Assembly: GCA_964016885.1 (NCBI GenBank)
Contig: OZ024757.1
Location: 40,238,001 to 40,302,000, forward strand
Direction: 5' to 3'
Origin: Eledone cirrhosa
Lineage: Eukaryota
Length of the DNA stretch: 64,000 nucleotides
A model generated the notes under the pieces. The model saw only the letters and a program-made list of their open reading frames with translations, searched no databases and was not told the origin of the DNA. Every line of letters starts with the position of its first letter. Positions within the stretch are counted from its first letter, which is position 1. A program made the translations under genes and the position numbers. Positions 1 through 14,307 of this stretch are shown in pieces.

Positions 1-12
1 TCACCTCCTGTG

Positions 13-58
<46 letters not shown>

Positions 59-84
59 CGAACAGGCTTACATGGCATTATCTG

Positions 85-115
<31 letters not shown>

Positions 116-462
116 CATATGTATGTCTTTATGTATATATACATGTAAAATGACAAATATTCATACATGAAATTATATATATATATACATATTATATATA
201 TATATATATGTGTGTGTATGTGACTGTGTGAGTGTGTGTGTGTATGTATACATTGGTGGACTGGCCAGGTTGCCCAATGGCAAGTGGGCCTCTGGGGGCC
301 CACGGTAATATTGCAGCGCCCACTTATATTTTAGGGGCTAACGCTTAGCTTTCAAAAACAAAATACCTGAAGTCTAAGAGAAAGAATAAATATTTTTTAA
401 AAATAAATAAAACAATTAAGCAAACCATTTGGTCAACGACACCACATCAGTTTGGTTTGAAC

Positions 463-778
463 ATTTTGAAAGTAGGTTTATAAGTATGAATTTTCAGTAG
501 ATTTTCGTAGTTTTCTCAATGGCCTAGCGGCAAGTACTAGAGACGGTGGTAATCCTGGTCTTGGGTTCAATCCTGGTCAAAAGGTACATGTAACACTTTT
601 CAGTTTTTATTTTACCTCCCATAGAAAAAAAAATGAAAAGTTTTACCGGGAACACTACTCCCGACCAGGATCGAACTTCAGACCAAGATCACCACCGTCT
701 ATGACTCCTCCAACTAGGCCGCCGGGACAGCTACAAAAGTATAATGAACATTAATAATTATAAACCTACTTTGGAAAT
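463..778. repeat. Palindromic cassette 1 with convergent tRNA-like A/B boxes
   Basis: Arms of about 115 bp. Plus-strand A box TGGCCTAGCGG at 520-530 and B box GGTTCAATCC at 564-573. Minus-strand B box near 668-676 and A box near 710-720. Confidence 0.8.
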
Positions 779-1038
779 CAAATTTCAAAAGATGAACTAT
801 TAGTCATATTTAGGGTCGACTTGTCAATTTTCTAGCTCTTTGGTAACACCCTTATTATTCCTATGTGTGTTTAATTGTTGAAATGAAACATGGATTACAG
901 GTTAAAACAGTCTAGATAGATGAGAAAGAAAACGAGGATATAGTTTATGGAACACCCAAATGATTTAGAAGTCGACCTTATGTAGGAGCAATAACATTAA
1001 GAAAGACATGAAGGGCACCACATCATTTTGTACTGAAC

Positions 1039-1353
1039 ATTTTGAAAGTAGGTTTATAAGCATGAATTTTCAATAAACTTACGTAGTTGTCTCAGTGGCC
1101 TAGTGGTAGGTACTGGAGACGATGGGGACCTTTGCCTTGGGTTCAATCCTGGTCAAGAGTTACATGTAACGTTTTTCAGTTATTATTTTACAACCAATAG
1201 AAAAAAACTCAAAAGGATTACCAGGAACCCTTCTCCCAACCAGGATCGAACTTCAGACCTAGATCACCACTGTCTATGATTCCTCCAAGTAGGCCACCGA
1301 GACAACTACGAAAGTATAATGAAAATTAATAATTATAAACCTACTTTCAAAAT
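1039..1353. repeat. Palindromic cassette 2 (diverged direct copy of cassette 1)
   Basis: Perfect 21-bp terminal IR ATTTTGAAAGTAGGTTTATAA / TTATAAACCTACTTTCAAAAT. A box at 1096-1106, B box at 1140-1149, T5 run at 1172-1176. Confidence 0.85.
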
Positions 1354-1452
1354 CAAAATTAAATAATAGAATTCTACATGTAGGTGGGCCCCATTCATCT
1401 CCTTTCACCCGATATTTTTAGACCCAGTCCGCATTATGATATATACATATTT

Positions 1453-1643
1453 GGCGGTGGATTGGCAGTATCGGTAGAGGGTCGGACGCCATGCTTTCCA
1501 GCATAGAGTTACGGCCCTTACCATTTTCAGTTCAAATCCCGCCGAGGTTAACTTTGCCTTTCATCCTTACGGGGTCGATAAAATAAAGTACCAGTAATGC
1601 ACTGGGTAATTGCTGGCCTTGTGCCAAAAGTAGAAACAATTAT
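1453..1643 (+). mobile_element. Full-length tRNA-derived SINE (family A, short-tail variant) with 18-bp TSD
   Basis: A box TGGCAGTATCGG, B box GTTCAAATCC and core GCCTTTCATCCTTACGGGGTCGATAAAATAAAGTACCAG. ATTATGATATATACATAT is duplicated at 1433-1450 and 1639-1656. Confidence 0.9.
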
Positions 1644-2277
1644 GATATATACATATAATACTCCTGTATGTTATGCAAACGCAAAAACTAGCCTTGTTTG
1701 TCCCCTAGAATTCATGTGAACTCTAATAAAATATGAACAGAAAAACATGGAAGTATTAGCTACACTTTGACAACAGTACACACGAACATGAAGAAGGAAA
1801 AATACAAAATAAAACAAAGATGGAAGAAAAAAAAAGCACATAAACATTTTAATACGTCACAGGAATAAGATAGTAGGAAGATTAAGAGTATGTGTGAAGA
1901 AAAGTGTGGCTGATAAAATATATTAGAGTGTAGAGTAGCAAAGAGAATAAACATATGTTGCATGGGAGGGAGGTGGGAAGCTGGTTATGGTATATCGGTA
2001 TAGATATAAAGCTAGGAGCTTCAAGTATAACGGAGTGGTATAAGATGTGAAATTGTGTAAGGAAAACATTAAAATCTGTAAAGTGCTGAGAAACACAAAG
2101 GATGAGAAATATATACATTTTTGTCTTTGATGATGATGATGATGAAGGAAGAAATGAATAAATAAAAGATGTGTGTGTGCTTGTTTTTGTGTGTGTAGGC
2201 GTATACTTTTTCTCAAAAGCACACAAATACTTCTGTGCGTATATGTATATATATATGTATATGCGTCCGTGTTTGTG

Positions 2278-2309
<32 letters not shown>

Positions 2310-2389
2310 CTCATACACATACATATATATACACACATACATATAAATACATATATATTGTGTCTGTGTGTACATACACAAACATACAC

Positions 2390-2457
<68 letters not shown>

Positions 2458-2804
2458 CACACGTTTGGAGAATCGACCGAGATTGTGATACAGACGGAAG
2501 CCTATATGGATTGCTAGTAAGATGTATAAGAAACGCTATCGAGATAGTTATTAACTAAAAACTGTGTATATTCCTAATGCCGATATACACGCGATGAATT
2601 GTAGATAAGTATATTGATATGAAGAGAAGGGAAAACAAAGAAAAGATAATAAAATATAAAAACAAAAAGACGCTTATACTCTTTCATATCTTTGTACCAA
2701 TCTTAGGGGGATTAAAATATATTTCATATGATGTATATATTTGATATGATACATATGTTTTTACTCATCATCGTCGTTTTCGTTTTCGTGATCGTTATCA
2801 GGAA

Positions 2805-3018
2805 AAATGGTAAAGAATGTTGGACAAATATGTCCTTGCGGTATTTAGTTCCAACGACTATTACGTCTTGAGTTCCATTATAAGTCATATGTAATTTGCT
2901 GTTTGTTCTTTCTACATTTGATCATATAAAGTACCAGTCATTTACTGGTATGGATTTAATCAACTGACACCCCTTTCCAAATGTCTAGCTTGTTTTTGCT
3001 AATTCTTGAAACATTATT
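2805..3018 (+). mobile_element. Old degenerate SINE family A copy
   Basis: GAGTTCC..TAAAGTACCAGTCATTTACTGG..GATTTAATCAAC remnants in family order. Confidence 0.55.
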
Positions 3019-3636
3019 TTAAATCCAAGATACTTTCTTATCCATTTCTGCCGTTACTATGGACTTCTTTAAACGATTTGTTCGACTATTTCCATAGTTA
3101 AAAATATTAACAAAAAATAACTTACCTCGAAGCTGTTTATTTTAAGCTAATATACATTCAGAACATATCATTAATATTGTTTTATAATTTATTATATATT
3201 TTGATTTTCATCACTCCTTTTTCGCGTTCGCTATTGACTTCTCTTAAGGTGATATTGGAGTAATAGTGGTAGAAACCCAGTCAAGAAACAGAGGAAAATT
3301 CCCTCTACATATAGATCGAAGGATCAGTACTAACATTTTTTCTTTATAATTCAATATCTTATTAAAATTAGTTGTGGGTATGTTTCGTTATATAATATAA
3401 GTATGACTTCTGTGATTTTTTTGTAAAATAAGTTTGGGAATTAAAGCTTAGATTAAATGGTTTGTTCTTTAATAAAAGCAATTAAAATCATATCACACGA
3501 ACACCAAACTCTTCATTCTAGTTAAATTTAAGGAAACACACCAGGCATTTAGACAATATAGTGCAATATAAAATCTGGGGTGAATGTCGAACATACAAAG
3601 TGAACCCCATCAGTGAAATAGTATTTCTTTTAATAC

Positions 3637-3846
3637 TTATTTCTACTTTAGGCACAAGGCCAGTAATTTGTGGAGAGGGGGAAATCAATTAAAACGATCC
3701 CAGTGCATTTCTGGTGCTTAATTTCATCGACCTCATAAAGGTGAAAGACAAAGTTAACCTCATCTGGATTTGAACTCAGAACGTAAAGCGTCTATGCTAC
3801 GAAGCTTATTGTCCAATTCTCTATCGATACTACCAATCCACCGCCC
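3637..3846 (-). mobile_element. Full-length SINE family A (long variant)
   Basis: Reverse complement of head (CCAATCCACCGCCC), B box (ATTTGAACTC), core and tail (GGCACAAGGCCAG). Confidence 0.85.
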
Positions 3847-4479
3847 TTCTAAAATATTGTTTCTGTATAATTCAATATCTTATTAGAATTACGGGTGGTT
3901 GGGGAAACCACATCTTTGGACTAACATTTATTTTAATAATAACAATTAGTCCCCCCCCCCCATTTATTATAGGATGAAGTCAAGTCATGTTTTGCGAACA
4001 ATTTACTAGATTATATAACCACAGTCATCATATATGTGACCTTGTGTCAAATTAATAAACTCAATTAGCTAAGAAAAACAATCAATAGGTAGTTAGGAGA
4101 GAGTAGAAGACAATGAAGATGGACTTACTATATTTTGATTCGACCCTGTAATTCTAAATAGCTTTATTCGGCTAAGATCGATATTACATTTTGTTCGTGA
4201 GAGTCAGTAAAAGGCATATACTGGGTTCTATTATGTCCACTATACGAATTCCAACCAATAAACTGTATTCTTGCGCCAAAGTAGGAAATCAATATGTTAT
4301 AGAACAACTGAGGAAATTTGCCAGGAATCTAAGACAGGTGGACTAAGTCACTTACAGGATTTTGCTTTATGCTGAGTGCATTAATGGCATCCCGGTTCTA
4401 TTATATAATTCTTGGATCGATAGAATAAGTACCAGTACTATACGGTGGGAAAATACACGCATTTGTCCTTATTTAAGAT

Positions 4480-4720
4480 ACCATACATACATATAAATAT
4501 ATGAATACATCTATAAATGCATATATAAATGCATACATACGTACATACGTATACAAATACATATAGAAATGCATATATAAATACATACGTACATACGTAT
4601 ATAAATACATATATAAATACATATAGAAATGCATATATAAATACATACATGCATACATATATAAATACATATAGAAATGCATATATATATGCAAACATAC
4701 ATACGTATATAAATGTATAC
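4480..4720. repeat. AT-rich minisatellite, about 48-60 bp units
   Basis: Recurrent ATATAGAAATGCATATATAAATACATAC(G/A)T units. Confidence 0.8.
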
Positions 4721-4859
4721 ACACACACAGACACACACATCAATAACAACACACTAACCGAACAAGTTAAAAGCTGATTGAACACAGTAACAGATTGGTT
4801 GTTGTTTCATGAAAGTCAAGCTTGGAACCCAGATTTCTTTGTCAAATGTCGGGCTGTAT

Positions 4860-5015
4860 GATCTGAGTTCAAATTCTGCCGAGGTTAACTTTGCCTTTCA
4901 TTCTTACAGGGTCGACACAAAGTACCAGTAACAAAATTTGATCGATATAATCAACTCAGCCCTACCTCCTACCACAATTTTCTTGGCCTTGTGCGTAAAT
5001 CAGAGCCCATTATTA
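4860..5015 (+). mobile_element. 5'-truncated SINE family A
   Basis: TCTGAGTTCAAATTCTGCCGAGGTTAACTTTGCCTTTC..GTACCAGT..GGCCTTGTGC. Confidence 0.85.
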
Positions 5016-5242
5016 ATATATTTTTAATGAATAGTTTTGGCTGTTCACCGTAACGGATATTATTACGAAGCCTGTGTAATACAGATTCATCACACGATGT
5101 GAGCTCTGTGATAAAACGGGATATCAAAGGATTATATAATGCAACAAAACATTAATTCTTTAATAGAATCATATCATGTTTGATCCACACATGGGAATAC
5201 CAAGAGATTATACATTACATTAGAAATTGCATACATAATATA

Positions 5243-5289
<47 letters not shown>

Positions 5290-5399
5290 ATATATATGTA
5301 TGTATATAGATATGTATATATATATGTATGTATGATTAATTACTACTTGTACACTCAGCATGAGCATGCGTGATTCGCGCAAACACAAACCATCCATCC

Positions 5400-6835
<1,436 letters not shown>

Positions 6836-7124
6836 GAGACACGCACAAAGGTACACACATTTAAACTTACCATGCAAGATTATCTAACGAGGCTCTATGC
6901 CGCCATTAATAGAATAGATTAATTAATACAATAATACAATGTCATTAGAGCTTCTGAATATTAACCAAAACAAAATTCAACAAATAATTCTAAACATGAC
7001 AAGAGAGACGAGATGTTCCAAGATATTAATTGTAGATATAAGTAAAGAATATCTTCATATTCTTTAATGAAGCTGCTTTTGTAAGGGAAACATAATATAC
7101 TGAACTCTTAGTTAAGAGTTACTG

Positions 7125-7184
<60 letters not shown>

Positions 7185-7460
7185 TAACTCTCTATATATA
7201 TACGTAGAAGTGGTAATTAATTTTCTGCAAGTCCGACAAACATGAAAGTTTATAACTGATTTAGAGCACTCAACAGTGAAATGGAGTAAATATTCAATGA
7301 TATTAAATAGCCATCTTGGCCTGTAGCATCTCATGGCAAAATAAACCGATAGGAGTAGATGACTTTGAAGAGAGAGCGAACTGATAAATAAAACAACACT
7401 AATTAATAATAGTGTAAAAGAGAGGAAGAGAGTAGATGACTTCGTAGAGAGACAGCATGG

Positions 7461-7631
7461 GTCGGTAGAGGGTCGGACGCCATGCTTTGACGCATAGAGT
7501 TACAACCCTTGTCATTCTGAGTTCAAATCCCGCCGAGGTTAACTTTGTTTTATCGACCCCATAAGGATGAAAGGCTAAGTACCAGTAATGCACTGGGTAA
7601 GTGATGGCCTTGTGCCAAAAGTAGAAACAAT
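7461..7631 (+). mobile_element. SINE family A, rearranged core
   Basis: Head and B box are intact. The core segment TTTTATCGACCCCATAAGGATGAAAGGC is inverted relative to consensus. The short tail is present. Confidence 0.85.
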
Positions 7632-7809
7632 AAATGTATCGACCTCAGACCGGCTTATCTTCAAGAAGTTACGACGTAACAACTACATAAACATAGCTAC
7701 CTATATCCTATCTATCTCCCTATTCATCATTCTTAAAGATTTTATGTAAAACCCGCGCCGTCACATCTTGTAATGTCCCATATTTGTACGCCCAGTGGCA
7801 AATAAAGAA

Positions 7810-8055
7810 AGATATCTATCTATCTGCATACCTACCTATATCTCTCTATCGATCTATCTACCTACATCTCTCTATCAATCTATCTACCTACCTACCTACA
7901 TCTCTCTATCTATCTATCTACCTATCTACCTACATCTCTCCATCGATCTATCTATATATCTATCTACCTACATCTCTCTATCTATCTATCTACCTATCTA
8001 CCTACATCTCTCTATCGATCTATCTATATATATCTATCTATATATATCTATCTAC
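7810..8055. repeat. (CTAT/CTAC)n tetranucleotide array
   Basis: Direct reading. Confidence 0.9.
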
Positions 8056-8869
8056 ACAAGAGAAAACCTAAGCAAATGAGGATTATTAGATTGAAGACTG
8101 TTTTATTACCAACATTATCACATATTGAAATGATTAGAAAACGTAATATATTTCTAGTCATATCCTAGCCAAGATATACTCAGAGAAGTAAAAATCTTGC
8201 TCAGGAGGAGTTTGGTCTTTGTTACTGTTTTTATTTTCGATTATCAACAAGAACCGTTCCAGTAAGCGGACATGTTATGTGATATTTAAAAATGGCTGTT
8301 TCTTAAATGCTAAAGTTATAAATCTTAAAAGCGCATTAAGCTTTGCATCACTAATGGACATGAGATTGGCTTAATCCTTTTCCGCCATTTTAGTTTCATT
8401 GTTTGAATAACTGTAGCAAAGCGATTTCCATTTTACTACCATTGAAACTTGCTTCTCCATTAAAAGCATTGCCGCTATACTACAAAAGGTTAGGAATGGT
8501 TAAGAAAATGGCACGTGGTACCTACCAGTCACAATCATTAATTCTGTGATAAAATCTCTTTTCAGTTGCATATAGTGCATTGTTCAAGCGAAAATGCTAC
8601 AAACTTTGCCAAATTGTAAAGGAAATGCAGAAAAATAAAAAAGAGAAATGTGTGTAGGAAGAAACGAGAAGGAATTTTTCCAGCTTTCTGCAATTGAATG
8701 AACCTGTAGTATTTAATGGAAAGGTAGGGGAGCCATAATGGCGTACGGTGTTTCTTGGACGATTTAAACCTGGCGAAGCTTCTACTATCACAGTCTCTTC
8801 AGGTCTGAACACAGTCGAGTTCTTCCAAATAATGAACGAGATAAAGAGAGTAATAGAAAGGGGAACGAA

Positions 8870-9300
8870 AGAAATAGAAAGGGGGAGAGGGAGGGGGAGA
8901 TGGAGGGAGGTGACAAGATAATGAGAGATATAGAGAGGTTAAGAAGGAGATAGAGGGGGAGAAAGAAAAAGAGAGAAAAAGAGAGAGGGAGAGACGGGGG
9001 TAGAGAAAGTGATAGAGAGGTGATGGTAGAAAGAGTGATAGAAAGCTGGTGATAGAGAGTGTGATAGAGGTGATGGTAGAGAGGTAATGATAGAAAGCTG
9101 ATGATAGGGAGCTGATGATAGGGAGATGATGATAGGGAGCTGATGATAGGGAGATGATGATAGGGAGCTGATGATAGGGAGAGTGATAGAAAGGGGTTGA
9201 TAGAGAGAGAGAGACTGAGAGGGGATGATAGAGTGATTGAGAGGGGATGATAGAGTGATAGAGAGAGTAATAGAGAGGAGTAAGAAAGAGATATAGAGGA
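8870..9300. repeat. Polypurine (GA/GAT)-rich low-complexity tract
   Basis: Includes tandem GATGATAGGGAGCT units at about 9100-9180. Confidence 0.85.
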
Positions 9301-9307
9301 AGAATCC

Positions 9308-9455
9308 CAATACAGGACTGGCAACATTTTTATAGACTTCAAAACGATGAAAGGCAGAGTTGATGTTGGTGTGACTTGAACTCAGAGCCCCAAAACACCA
9401 AAATAAATATCACAAAACCTTCTATCCGACGTTCTAACAATCTGCTACTTCGCCA
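9308..9455 (-). mobile_element. Degenerate SINE family A
   Basis: GATGAAAGGCAGAGTTGA..TTGAACTCAG..TTCGCCACC. Confidence 0.65.
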
Positions 9456-9933
9456 CCATCTTTTCTACCGTTATTATCAGGAGAAAAACTGCATAATTCC
9501 AGAATTTCTCAAGCCATTCATTTATTACGATAGCAACATTATTTCGAAGGAATCTGCTCTGGTGGACATAGCTCAGTATTTATATTAAATAATATCTTTT
9601 AGAATAATATTCAGTCTTAATCAAATTAGCCGTAAATATCCACAATATATACACTGAGATACATGGATCTGCGCCTATGTTGTGGTACAAAAAGCTTAGT
9701 TTGTGGTGCACAAAATCACGGATCATCTTCGTCATCACCATTGTCGCCTTGGGCGTCACGGTGTTAGATTTTCAGAGACCCTAAATTATTTGTGGTGTTT
9801 GATCCGCTTTTTGAGTCCTGAGTTCATTTCACACCGAGGTTATCTTTGATTTTTTTCAAGCTCAATAAAAAAAATTAAAAAATCATAATGCTTTCTTTCT
9901 TTACTTTTTTATTTATTATTTTTTACTTATTCA

Positions 9934-10120
9934 ATAATAATTGTTTCTACTATTGGCACAAGACCAGCAATCGACACCAGTTACACTGGTACATTATTTT
10001 ATCGACCCTTTAAAGATGAAAGGCAAAGCTAACTTCGGTGGGATTTGAACTCAGAGCGTAAACGGACGTAGTTATACCACAAAGTATAGTCACTGACGCT
10101 CTACCGATACTACCAATCCA
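9934..10120 (-). mobile_element. SINE family A
   Basis: Tail, core, B box and head are recognisable on the minus strand. Confidence 0.85.
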
Positions 10121-10419
10121 TAATTTAGGATCTATTTCATTAATATACCCCATCACCACAAATTACTAGCTTTGTGCCTAAATTCGGTATCATTATGATG
10201 TTTGTTTTTTTACAATCTTGGAAGAATGTACTTAACCATTATCAATGCCGTCACCAGGAATTGGTTGGTATTAAGTCTCGATTAGTTTTAGAGAAAATAA
10301 GTCACAAAATACTCAACAGAATGGTTTGTAAGCTTAGTTTAGAGATTAGGAAATTGAAGAAAGACAAAATAGGCAGAAAAAATATAATTGTCTTTACGGT
10401 AAACACACTACACACAAAC

Positions 10420-10460
<41 letters not shown>

Positions 10461-10500
10461 ACATGCATGTGTTTGTGTGAGTGTGTCTGTATAACTGTTC

Positions 10501-10541
<41 letters not shown>

Positions 10542-11168
10542 CGCGCATACAACCGCAGACATATTGGGTATTTGTAAAATAACATTAAAAATAAAATAAA
10601 CACAAACATATAATTAAAAATAATTAAATAACAACAACAACAACACCACCAACAACTATAATAATAATGAAAATACTTAAAATGGGTTTTTGATACTTCC
10701 ATTAATGTCAATGTCGAAGGAAGCAACGAAACGCTCATTTAGCAAATCCTAGCACGACACAGGCATGCGCACTTGGGCTCAAATAGATTACATATGTTGG
10801 AAGTGAACTTATACGTTTGTTTATATTTCTGTAATATATTTGATGATAGGTATTAAAGTTGATGATATATCAAGGATACTTGACAGCTGATTACCTATCG
10901 TATAATTATGAAGACTTTGCGATGTCATAATTGATGATATTGGAATATAATTACTTTAAATTGCTACGAAAATCAGTTTTTAATTCTATAGAGGACTTAG
11001 TACCTCACCTCAAAACGACCGTCATTTGCGCTTCAATAAACAAATTAAAAAATAAAAAGTATTAAATTCGTAATTGAGATTACGTTGTGGGGATTTGTAT
11101 CAAAATTCTTTTTCTTAAATAGTTTTATAGCTGAATTGTTACTGAAACCGTAGCAATATTAGCAAGCG

Positions 11169-11448
11169 CTCTGTCGTGGTTGTTACACAGAGATATATAG
11201 AAGACTTTTAGTGTCTGTCTCAAATTTTGTTGAAGTGTTTGTGTTCTGATAATATAGCTCTGACATGGTTGTTACGTATATATGTATGTATGGAGAAGGT
11301 TTAGTGTCTGTCTCAAATTTTGCTGAAGTGTTTGTGTTCTGGTAATATAGCTCTGACATGGTTGTTACGTATATATATATGTATGGAGAAGGTTTAGTGT
11401 CTGTCTCAAATTTTGCTGAAGTGTTTGTGTTCTGGTAATATAGCTCTG
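11169..11448. repeat. 93-bp tandem repeat, about 3 copies
   Basis: TTTAGTGTCTGTCTCAAATTTTG.. starts at 11207, 11300 and 11393. The third unit is cut by a SINE. Confidence 0.9.
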
Positions 11449-11617
11449 GATTGGCAGTATCGGTAAAGGGTCGCACGCCAGGCTTTGCAGCATATAGTTA
11501 CGGCCCTTTATGACCCCTTCAATAAAATAAAATACCAGTCACGCATTGGGGTAGATTTAATAGACTTTCCACTCCCTTCAAATTGCTGGCCTTGTACCAA
11601 AAGTAGAAACCATTATT
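11447..11617 (+). mobile_element. SINE family A with internal deletion of the B-box region
   Basis: Head GGATTGGCAGTATCGG, then a jump to AATAAAATAAAATACCAGT and the long tail. Confidence 0.8.
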
Positions 11618-12309
11618 GTAGTAGTAGTATTACTTGTAGTATTAGTAGTAATAGCGGTGGTAGTAGTAGTAGTATCGGTGGTAGTGGTAGTAGTAGTAGT
11701 AGCAGCGGTGTAGTAGTAGTAGTAGTAGCAGTAGTATCGGTAGTAGTAGTATTAGTAGTAATAGCGGTGGTAGTAGCAGTAGCAGTAGTATCGGTGGTAG
11801 TAGTAAAGGAGAACATTGTCAATTAAATCTAAACAGTTTAATGAATAACAAATAGCATGATGTGAGGCGCTTCTCTTTTCTCTCGTCTCCTGTCGTCCTT
11901 TATTCAACGTAATATAAATTACGACCTTTCTCTTTTTGCCATTTCCCCCTCCGCCTTCTGGCCTCTCTCTCTCTCTCTCCTTCTCGCTTCTCTCCTCTTT
12001 CTGTCCTCCCTCTCTCTCTCCATCTATTCCTTCTCCTGCCCTCCCCCATCTCTCCATATCATCCCCTGCTCCTCCTCTCCCACCACCACCTCTCCATTTC
12101 ATTATAGGAAGGCCTACAACCCTCAACATTTGATTCTGGTTTTAATGGTTGCAACTTGGTTTGTTTAAATTAGTATACTGAGCTTTTTTGTTGTTCCAAT
12201 CTATTTCTTTATAGATTCGTTTATTTTTGGCATAAAGAACGATTTCTTAAAGTGGAATGGTTTCGTTTTAAAATATTGCATAACTTGCCTTTTGTTAAGC
12301 GACTGTTGC

Positions 12310-13055
12310 ATGTGTGTGCGTGTGTGTGTGTATATAAATATATATATATATATATGTATGTATGTATGTGTGTGTGTATGTGTGTGCGTATGTGCGTGTG
12401 TGTGTATGTGTGTGCGTATGTGTGTGTGTTTATGTGTGTATGTCTTTGTGTGTATGTCTTTGTATGTCTGTGTATGTGTGTGGGTGTATGTGTTTGTGTG
12501 TGTGTGTGTGTATGTGTGTGTGTATGGGTTTGTGTGAGAGTGTGTATGTGTGTGTGTGTATGTGTTTGGTCATGTGTATGTGTGATTGTATGTATGTGCG
12601 CGCATATGTGTATGTATATACGTATATGTCTGTTTCTCTGAGTGTGTTTCTTTTTTTGTGTGTGCATGCGTGTCTATATGTATGTCTCTCTCTCTCTATA
12701 TATATATATGTATGTATGTATGTCCGTCTCTATGACTATGTATGTCTGTATGTATTAACGGCCGTGTGTGTGCATGTATGTGTATATGTATGAATATATA
12801 TATATATATAAATGCATCCTTGTATGTTTTTTTATGATTATTTGCCTGTGTGTAGACCATTCCGTTTGTGATATCTTTGTAGTCTTTTAATGTTATAATA
12901 ACTTCGGTTCGAACTGTAAAATGGAGACCCCTGCACACATACACTCACATTGACACACAACCACTCCGAACACACACACACGCACAAAACCACCAACACA
13001 TACACACGCACACACACAAATCACCAACACATATACATAAACGCACACATATATA
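12310..13055. repeat. (TG/TATG)n tract followed by (CA)n tract
   Basis: TG-rich at 12310-12800 and CA-rich at 12935-13055. Confidence 0.85.
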
Positions 13056-13761
13056 CATTAAACAGAAAACATTGGAAAGCGCTGCTAAACTACAGCATTG
13101 AAAGGCTTGCAAGAAAATAAATTGCTATTTTACTAAACAATACTTTGACAAAAGATCAACTGTTATTTTCTTTATAATTTGATATTTTAATTAATATTCT
13201 ATTCCCCTGCTCACCTCCCCATGAAATGCCATACATCAAAGACCATAGAATAATATTTTAAAGTTCTGGGGGCATTATATATTCTTGTTGGTTTATGAGG
13301 AAGGGGTTGGCGGTTAACGGTGTTAGGTAAACACCAAAAAATGTAATTCATTTTTCTCCTTTTTTTTGGAGCTGAATATATTGTCGTGCAATTTAATATA
13401 ATAAATTTGCTTAAAATTTGTGTATACCAAGATGATTTTGAAAAGGGGACTATTTATTTGAAGGTTGTATAAATAATGTTTATGCCTTTATTAAGGATAT
13501 TGCCGCGTCAATGAATCTAAATAGCTACAAGCGGAAAACGCCGACTGAATAGTGAAGTTTCTTCCATATTTTTAACGCCGCCATGTTCGTAGTTTTTATT
13601 CTCTGTTTCTTCACTTTGACAAAAACAAGCTTGATACAGTTTTGTTTAAAAATTATTTCGGAGTAAATCTAGCAGATGATTTTTTTTTATTAGATTTGTA
13701 TTACATTGAAAGGAATGTAAAAACGATATCAGTATGATATATCCATACACCATTGTGTAAT

Positions 13762-13957
13762 ATGGAGGAGCGTGGCCTAGTGGTAATGGTGTTGGAACAT
13801 AATGCCGGGCGTTAGATTCCTGGATTGGGTTGTTTTGTTGTGTTCTTGAACAAAACATCATTTAACATTGCTCCAGTATACTCAGTTGAAAATTAATGCC
13901 CGCTATAGCTGGAAGATTTAACCCTGTGATGTACTGGCGTCCTATCAGGGAGGACTC
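13762..13957 (+). mobile_element. Second tRNA-derived SINE family (B), CORE-like body
   Basis: A box TGGCCTAGTGG, CORE-like TGTGTTCTTGAACAAAACA..TTGCTCCAGT, and 3' CCCTGTGATGTACTGGCGTCCTATCAGGG. Confidence 0.7.
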
Positions 13958-14013
13958 TTGTAGACTGAGATTCTGCCAATCCACACGATATCTAACTATC
14001 TATCTCTCTATCT

Positions 14014-14307
14014 AGGCCGGGGAAATTCCCTAGATCCATGGACGAGTTCTCTCCAGCGGTCTCTGTCCCTCATTATCGTTGCCATGTCCTGCGTCTCCGA
14101 AAGATGAGTGTCTGCCCTTAGGGCATCAACACATGCTAACTTCGGTCTTCCAGATGTCGGTGAGCATGTCCAGCTAACCTCAGTCTCCTCTGTGTCACTT
14201 TCGAGCTGACTTTTGGGAAGCTCCCATACAGCTCAGTTCTTCATCCTCAGTGTATACTGATTAATGTTCAGAGCCATCCTCAGCATTCTCGTGTAGCACC
14301 CATCCGC
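14014..14307 (-). mobile_element. RTE-type LINE 3' fragment (disrupted)
   Basis: Highly similar to 61592-61846 with an internal deletion of about 60 bp. It extends further 5' into ORF2-like sequence. Confidence 0.8.

Larger units (their letters stand above)
251..1438. mobile_element. Putative non-autonomous TIR DNA transposon (hAT-like ends) carrying two palindromic cassettes
   Basis: 5' end CATTGGTGGACTGG and 3' end CCAGTCCGCATTATG form imperfect TIRs. GGGCCC/GTGGGCC subterminal motifs occur at both ends. There is no ORF and no clean TSD. Confidence 0.45.

Noticed and set aside
505-590. Functional tRNA genes in the palindromic cassettes or SINE heads
   Set aside because: A/B boxes are present, but I could not build a convincing acceptor stem and anticodon arm.
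3329-3940. Duplicated TATAATTCAATATCTTATTA segments as a SINE TSD
   Set aside because: The left copy is about 270 bp from the SINE end, so it is not a flanking duplication.
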